A DNA stretch of 64,000 bases from Patescibacteria group bacterium. GTDB taxonomy: Bacteria; Patescibacteriota; Patescibacteriia; UBA1558. A program made the translations under genes and the position numbers. The DNA lies in NCBI GenBank assembly GCA_016784445.1, contig JADHUR010000001.1, forward strand, positions 89,128 to 153,127, in the 5' to 3' direction. This document shows positions 59,931 to 64,000 of this stretch, piece after piece (within the stretch, counting starts at the first letter, position 1; every line of letters starts with the position of its first letter). The notes below the pieces were generated by a model. It was not told where the DNA came from, made no database searches, and saw only the letters and a list, made by a program, of their open reading frames with translations.

Positions 59931-60671
59931 TTATAATTCATTATCTGTATTATCACCTATTGGTGGCAACTGAAGTAATTCTCCTGGTCCATTTGGATTA
60001 TATCCAGCTTTTACTTCACTGCCATCTAAAAAACCATCACCATCAGTATCTTCATTTAATGGTTCTGTCTTATATGTTATAACCTCTTCTTTATCAAAAA
60101 GACCATCATTATCACTATCTGGATTATATGGATCTGTTCCAATTGATAATTCCTGAGCATTTGTTAAACCATCACCATCTTCATCTAAGGTATCATTTGG
60201 ATCAACTGGATCAATGATATCTGGCTCAATAATTTCTTCCTCATCTTGATTTACTTCATCTGCAACTTCATTTTGATCTTGCTGACTATTATTAATAGGA
60301 TCATTAACAAATTCTTCAAACTCATCATATTTAGGAGTTGATGTAAATTGTATAACAGCGATTATAATAATAGCCGCGACTACAACAAGTCCTACTAAAT
60401 AAAATAATTTCTTTGAACCACCAGATCTTTTCTTTTTAGGCATAATACCTGCCCCAGGTAAATCTGTTAAGGGTTGAGCTGGACCAATATCTTGCATAGG
60501 GGGTTGCGCCTGCATTGGCATTTGTTTTGGCATTATAGAATTATCTACATCTGCTAAAATATCCTCTGGCTCTTCCATGGATTCTTGTTTTGGCATTGGT
60601 GATTGTTTAGGTGTCTCCTTTGGCTCTGGAGCTTGTGCACCAGATTGCTCTGATTGTAAATCTTCAAACAT
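59931..60671 (-). CDS. membrane-anchored surface protein with TSP3-like Ca-binding repeats
   Basis: Pro/Gln-rich N-terminus, a TM helix, then DEDGDGLTNAQE / DSDNDGLFD / DTDGDGFLD repeats. Confidence 0.5.
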   Translation of the reverse strand: MFEDLQSEQSGAQAPEPKETPKQSPMPKQESMEEPEDILADVDNSIMPKQMPMQAQPPMQDIGPAQPLTDLPGAGIMPKKKRSGGSKKLFYLVGLVVVAAIIIIAVIQFTSTPKYDEFEEFVNDPINNSQQDQNEVADEVNQDEEEIIEPDIIDPVDPNDTLDEDGDGLTNAQELSIGTDPYNPDSDNDGLFDKEEVITYKTEPLNEDTDGDGFLDGSEVKAGYNPNGPGELLQLPPIGDNTDNEL

Positions 60672-60691
60672 AATATTTATTATTTAATATT

Positions 60692-63600
60692 TTATGGTAT
60701 TGTCTTTCTAATTTTAATAGATTTTTGTGCGCCACGTTCAATCTGACATAAATTATTACATCCATCACCTACAAATTTATTACCATCATCACATTGTTCA
60801 CTAAAATTCTTATCATTTGGTTGTTGTAATATTCCATCACCACAATATGCCTCTGCTTCATTAAGACATTGTGAATTGCAACCATCTCCATCTATACTAT
60901 TAGCTGGTATATTTTCACACTCTTCATTTACCCCAAAACTATTTGGTGACTGAATACGGCCATCACCACAATATGCTGTTATTTCACTTTGACATAAAGC
61001 ACTACAACCATCTCCAGATAATTTATTACCATCATCACATTGTTCTCCATCATTAACTATACTATTTCCACAATTATTACTTGATTCTGCTTTACATGTA
61101 TCTACAATTTGAGTCTCTAAATTATTAATCACCTGACAAGTATTTATGTAATTGCCAGTGTCAAAATTATTACAAACATCAGTAACACCTTGATCATATA
61201 TTGATTGAGCGTCTGTACAGGTAATAGCTTGTAAATTAACAACACTTGTTTGAACAGATGCTTTAATATTATCTATTCTTCCTTGTCCTAAAATTCTCAT
61301 ATTCATTAATCTATCTAATGTATCTACTTGATGACTAATTTGATAAGCTGGCATATTGTATTCAACAGAATTTTCTAAACCATAAGTAGCGGATTTTAAT
61401 GATGAAATACCAGATCGTATTTGAGTTAAATTGTTTCCATTCATTTTATTTCTTAAACTTACAACATCATTAGATATATTGCTATATTCAGATGCAACTC
61501 CTACCCATTCATCATTTAGCTGACTTAAGTTATTTACACTTGTTTCATAATTACTAACTGTATTATTAAATTTTTGTTCAACAAATAAATTAAGCTCTTC
61601 ATTTATTATTTCTAATTTAATAGCTTTAGCAATTGCATTATCATATAAATTATTCTGATTGGATAAATCTCCTTCTAGCACATCTTTTACTATCACCGTT
61701 TCATTATAGTCTGTAAGGGCTGTATTGTATGAGGATTGTTTCTGAGATAATTCTGCTTCTAGTTCAAACAAAATAATACTCTTAGCTTCATACAAATCTC
61801 CTTTTTGAGTTAATGTCTGAACTGCTGTATTATAATTAGAATTTGCTTGCAAATATGAACTTTCTTTAGAAGCATAATCTTGACTTGCATTATTAAAAGC
61901 TTGTAAAGCTGAATTATACTTTGTTTGCAAATCTGATACCTGCGCTTCTTTAGTAATAATATTTGTCTCTATAGTCTCCAATTCCACTTCTTTACTTTCT
62001 ACTATAGCTCTATCAAAAAAGAAATCTTCAGTTAGATCTAATAATATTTCCTCTTCCAGTTGAAAATCATTCTCTCTTACCGCTGTAATACTGAATGAAT
62101 TTAAAGAAACTTTCATGCTTTCTATTTCTACTTTCAATTCATCTCTCTCTTTGCTTAACACCTCTAATTCTTGTTGTGCTGCCTTTAAATCCGTTTCTGC
62201 AGAATTCTTTAAAGCATTAGTATCACCCGTATTAGCTTCTGCCTCCTGATATTCGTTTCTAGTCTTTTCTACTAGAAATGAAGCATTATTTACTTCCTCT
62301 TGAGCTGTCTTAAACTCATTTTCAGCCTGATTAACAATTGTCTGAGTAGTACTTACACTATTATTTGCTTCCTGCAAATTTGCATTTAAAACATTCTTAT
62401 ACTCCTCTGTTTCAGTAACGGCTTTCTCAGCTTCAATTAATCTAATATCTAAATCTGCAATCTCTAATTGAATTCTATTTAACTCGGCTGAAGCAATACT
62501 GGAAGTATCTATGCTTTTATAGTTATTAAAATATGAATCTAAACTATCACGTGTATTGTTCTTATTAGTAGATATCATCTCATAAGAACCAAGTTGATTG
62601 GTTAATTGATTTACTAAACCATCATGCTGGTCAATCATAGTGTCCCATAAATCCATTCTATCCTCTCCCCAAGCAACAATCTCATTTATATAATTATCTA
62701 TATATGATTGACTACTACAACTATTATTTGGATCAAGTGCATTGCCAGTTACTAAGATATCATAAAGAGTTTGAACTACTGGAAGCATTCCACAATTAGG
62801 TAAATAAATGCTATCCAATACACTCATATCATTATACATAGCTAAAATACCATTTTTAGCTTGAGAAAGCCTACCTGTATCTAATCTGTCCAGAATGTCA
62901 GAAAAATCACTTCTTAAACCTTCACAAATATTTCTACCTTCTTCTAATTTATTAATTTCATCAACTTGCTTATTCACTAAAGAAGATAGTGTATTTACCT
63001 CTGTTTCAATACTTATTCTCTTAGCATCTTTTAAATCCTCTAATAAATTATCTAAACTTTTCTCATCACTTAAATTTGCAGACATAATCTTTTCAATATA
63101 TCCAATATCTGCACTAATTTCTGAGTTATTTAAAGCTACATCTATCAATGCTGTACCCGCCCTTGCCCTAGCTACTAGCCCACCAATAGATTGAGTGCTA
63201 TATGCAATAATATCTCTTATGGCAGTATCTACACTTGGTTGATTATTTAAAAGATAAAAATAGTCTCCTCTAAAATCATCTAATTCCCCTTTTAAAACAG
63301 ATTCTTTTTCATTAAATGATAAATCTGTAGCTTTAAGACTACTATCAAAAGAATTCTTACTGCTTTCTATGCCGGTATTAATACTATTAACTATATCCAG
63401 GTATGAATCTACTTGCTGATAAGAATTATTTATAGACACACTAGTTGTTTCAACATTAGCTATCTCCTCTGCAATCTTATTGAATGAATCTGAGCTCTCT
63501 TGAATTAGCAGGATAGTATCATTACACTGATTCTCTCTTGCTACCCAACTATCTACAACTTCACAAAAATTACCTCCTGATTGATTATATGCAGACTGTA

Positions 63601-64000
63601 TAGCATCATAATTCTGTGCAGAAATCTTTGTCATAATACCTGCAATTATAGTTTTATTCTTTGCGCTCAATACAGCTAATCTAGACATAATATCTGTCAT
63701 ATCTGAGCCCCCAGCTTGTAAATCTGTTAATCTCTCACTAACCTCCATCATTATGTCATTATAGCTACCTACAATTCTATTAACATAATTAGGTTTTAAA
63801 TTATTTTGTCTCTGCAATCTTTCAAGCTCACCTATTCTTTCCTGTGCTTGATCAAGTAATGTATTTATTCTGGCATCCTTTGTAAAAGAAAATAATCTCA
63901 ATTTCAACCAATCACCTAGTTTATCCATAAAATAGAAAGAATTAGCCGGTGTTGAACCAGCTTCTTCTTCCCAACTAGATTCTTGTACCTGTCCAGATAC
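60692..64000 (-). CDS. large coiled-coil surface protein with three C-terminal Myxococcus-type cysteine-rich repeats (5' end beyond the window)
   Basis: The C-terminus has 3 copies of C(G)xxxxxxGExCDDGNxxxGDGCSxxCQxE. About 900 aa of predicted coiled coil precede it. The reading frame stays open through 64000 upstream of the listed Met. Confidence 0.55.
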   Translation of the reverse strand, partial: VSGQVQESSWEEEAGSTPANSFYFMDKLGDWLKLRLFSFTKDARINTLLDQAQERIGELERLQRQNNLKPNYVNRIVGSYNDIMMEVSERLTDLQAGGSDMTDIMSRLAVLSAKNKTIIAGIMTKISAQNYDAIQSAYNQSGGNFCEVVDSWVARENQCNDTILLIQESSDSFNKIAEEIANVETTSVSINNSYQQVDSYLDIVNSINTGIESSKNSFDSSLKATDLSFNEKESVLKGELDDFRGDYFYLLNNQPSVDTAIRDIIAYSTQSIGGLVARARAGTALIDVALNNSEISADIGYIEKIMSANLSDEKSLDNLLEDLKDAKRISIETEVNTLSSLVNKQVDEINKLEEGRNICEGLRSDFSDILDRLDTGRLSQAKNGILAMYNDMSVLDSIYLPNCGMLPVVQTLYDILVTGNALDPNNSCSSQSYIDNYINEIVAWGEDRMDLWDTMIDQHDGLVNQLTNQLGSYEMISTNKNNTRDSLDSYFNNYKSIDTSSIASAELNRIQLEIADLDIRLIEAEKAVTETEEYKNVLNANLQEANNSVSTTQTIVNQAENEFKTAQEEVNNASFLVEKTRNEYQEAEANTGDTNALKNSAETDLKAAQQELEVLSKERDELKVEIESMKVSLNSFSITAVRENDFQLEEEILLDLTEDFFFDRAIVESKEVELETIETNIITKEAQVSDLQTKYNSALQAFNNASQDYASKESSYLQANSNYNTAVQTLTQKGDLYEAKSIILFELEAELSQKQSSYNTALTDYNETVIVKDVLEGDLSNQNNLYDNAIAKAIKLEIINEELNLFVEQKFNNTVSNYETSVNNLSQLNDEWVGVASEYSNISNDVVSLRNKMNGNNLTQIRSGISSLKSATYGLENSVEYNMPAYQISHQVDTLDRLMNMRILGQGRIDNIKASVQTSVVNLQAITCTDAQSIYDQGVTDVCNNFDTGNYINTCQVINNLETQIVDTCKAESSNNCGNSIVNDGEQCDDGNKLSGDGCSALCQSEITAYCGDGRIQSPNSFGVNEECENIPANSIDGDGCNSQCLNEAEAYCGDGILQQPNDKNFSEQCDDGNKFVGDGCNNLCQIERGAQKSIKIRKTIP

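Noticed and set aside
60692-61100. Repetitive DNA near the 3' end of the giant gene that might have suggested a CRISPR array
   Set aside because: The repeats are in-frame, imperfect and encode Cys-rich protein modules. There are no constant-length spacers, and no cas genes are present.

Overview
This 64-kb window comes from a low-GC (about 30% by eye), gene-dense bacterial chromosome that reads in the standard code: long conserved genes such as gyrB, pheT, aspS and gatB are uninterrupted. Its minimalist, fermentative and anaerobic gene content fits a small-genome bacterium, possibly of the CPR/Patescibacteria type; that lineage assignment is inference. Almost all genes lie on the minus strand, with two plus-strand blocks at 37173-39542 and 48420-53949.

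Housekeeping content:
- a sugar-utilisation operon (GH1 beta-glucosidase, ROK glucokinase, an EamA-type transporter and a membrane-anchored GH-A hydrolase);
- thiol-redox genes;
- mscS and hup;
- four tRNAs (Trp, Thr-UGU, Tyr, Thr-GGU);
- an rpmG gene that the ORF track missed;
- a PerR-like/rubredoxin/peroxiredoxin/desulfoferrodoxin oxidative-stress island with Fpg and an FNR-like reductase;
- zupT;
- fba-tpiA;
- dacA-like, rsuA-like and scpAB genes;
- aspS, asnS, gatB, pheST and gyrB;
- a dTMP-synthesis cluster (dCMP deaminase, a P-loop kinase, dut, tmk and a long divergent ThyX-like protein);
- secE-nusG-rplK-(inserted membrane gene)-rplA;
- dgkA-ybeY;
- a sensor histidine kinase.

I found no CRISPR array, transposase or integrase.

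Regions worth a second look:
- a 3' terminal gene fusing an ATP-cone to an Mrr-type PD-(D/E)XK nuclease;
- a plus-strand operon of seven or eight small phosphohydrolases (two HD, two NUDIX, one HIT, an alpha/beta hydrolase and an HExxH protein) that follows a DUF2779-type nuclease and a SAM methyltransferase;
- a ThyX-like protein lacking the canonical RHR motif;
- two candidate small-RNA or small-gene loci with consensus sigma70 promoters and intrinsic terminators (26.7-27.0 kb on the plus strand; 54.8-55.26 kb, GC-rich, on the minus strand);
- a cell-surface cluster at the 3' end, with a coiled-coil protein longer than 1078 aa carrying three Myxococcus-type cysteine-rich repeats and two membrane-anchored proteins with thrombospondin-type-3-like Ca-binding repeats and pseudopilin-like motifs.
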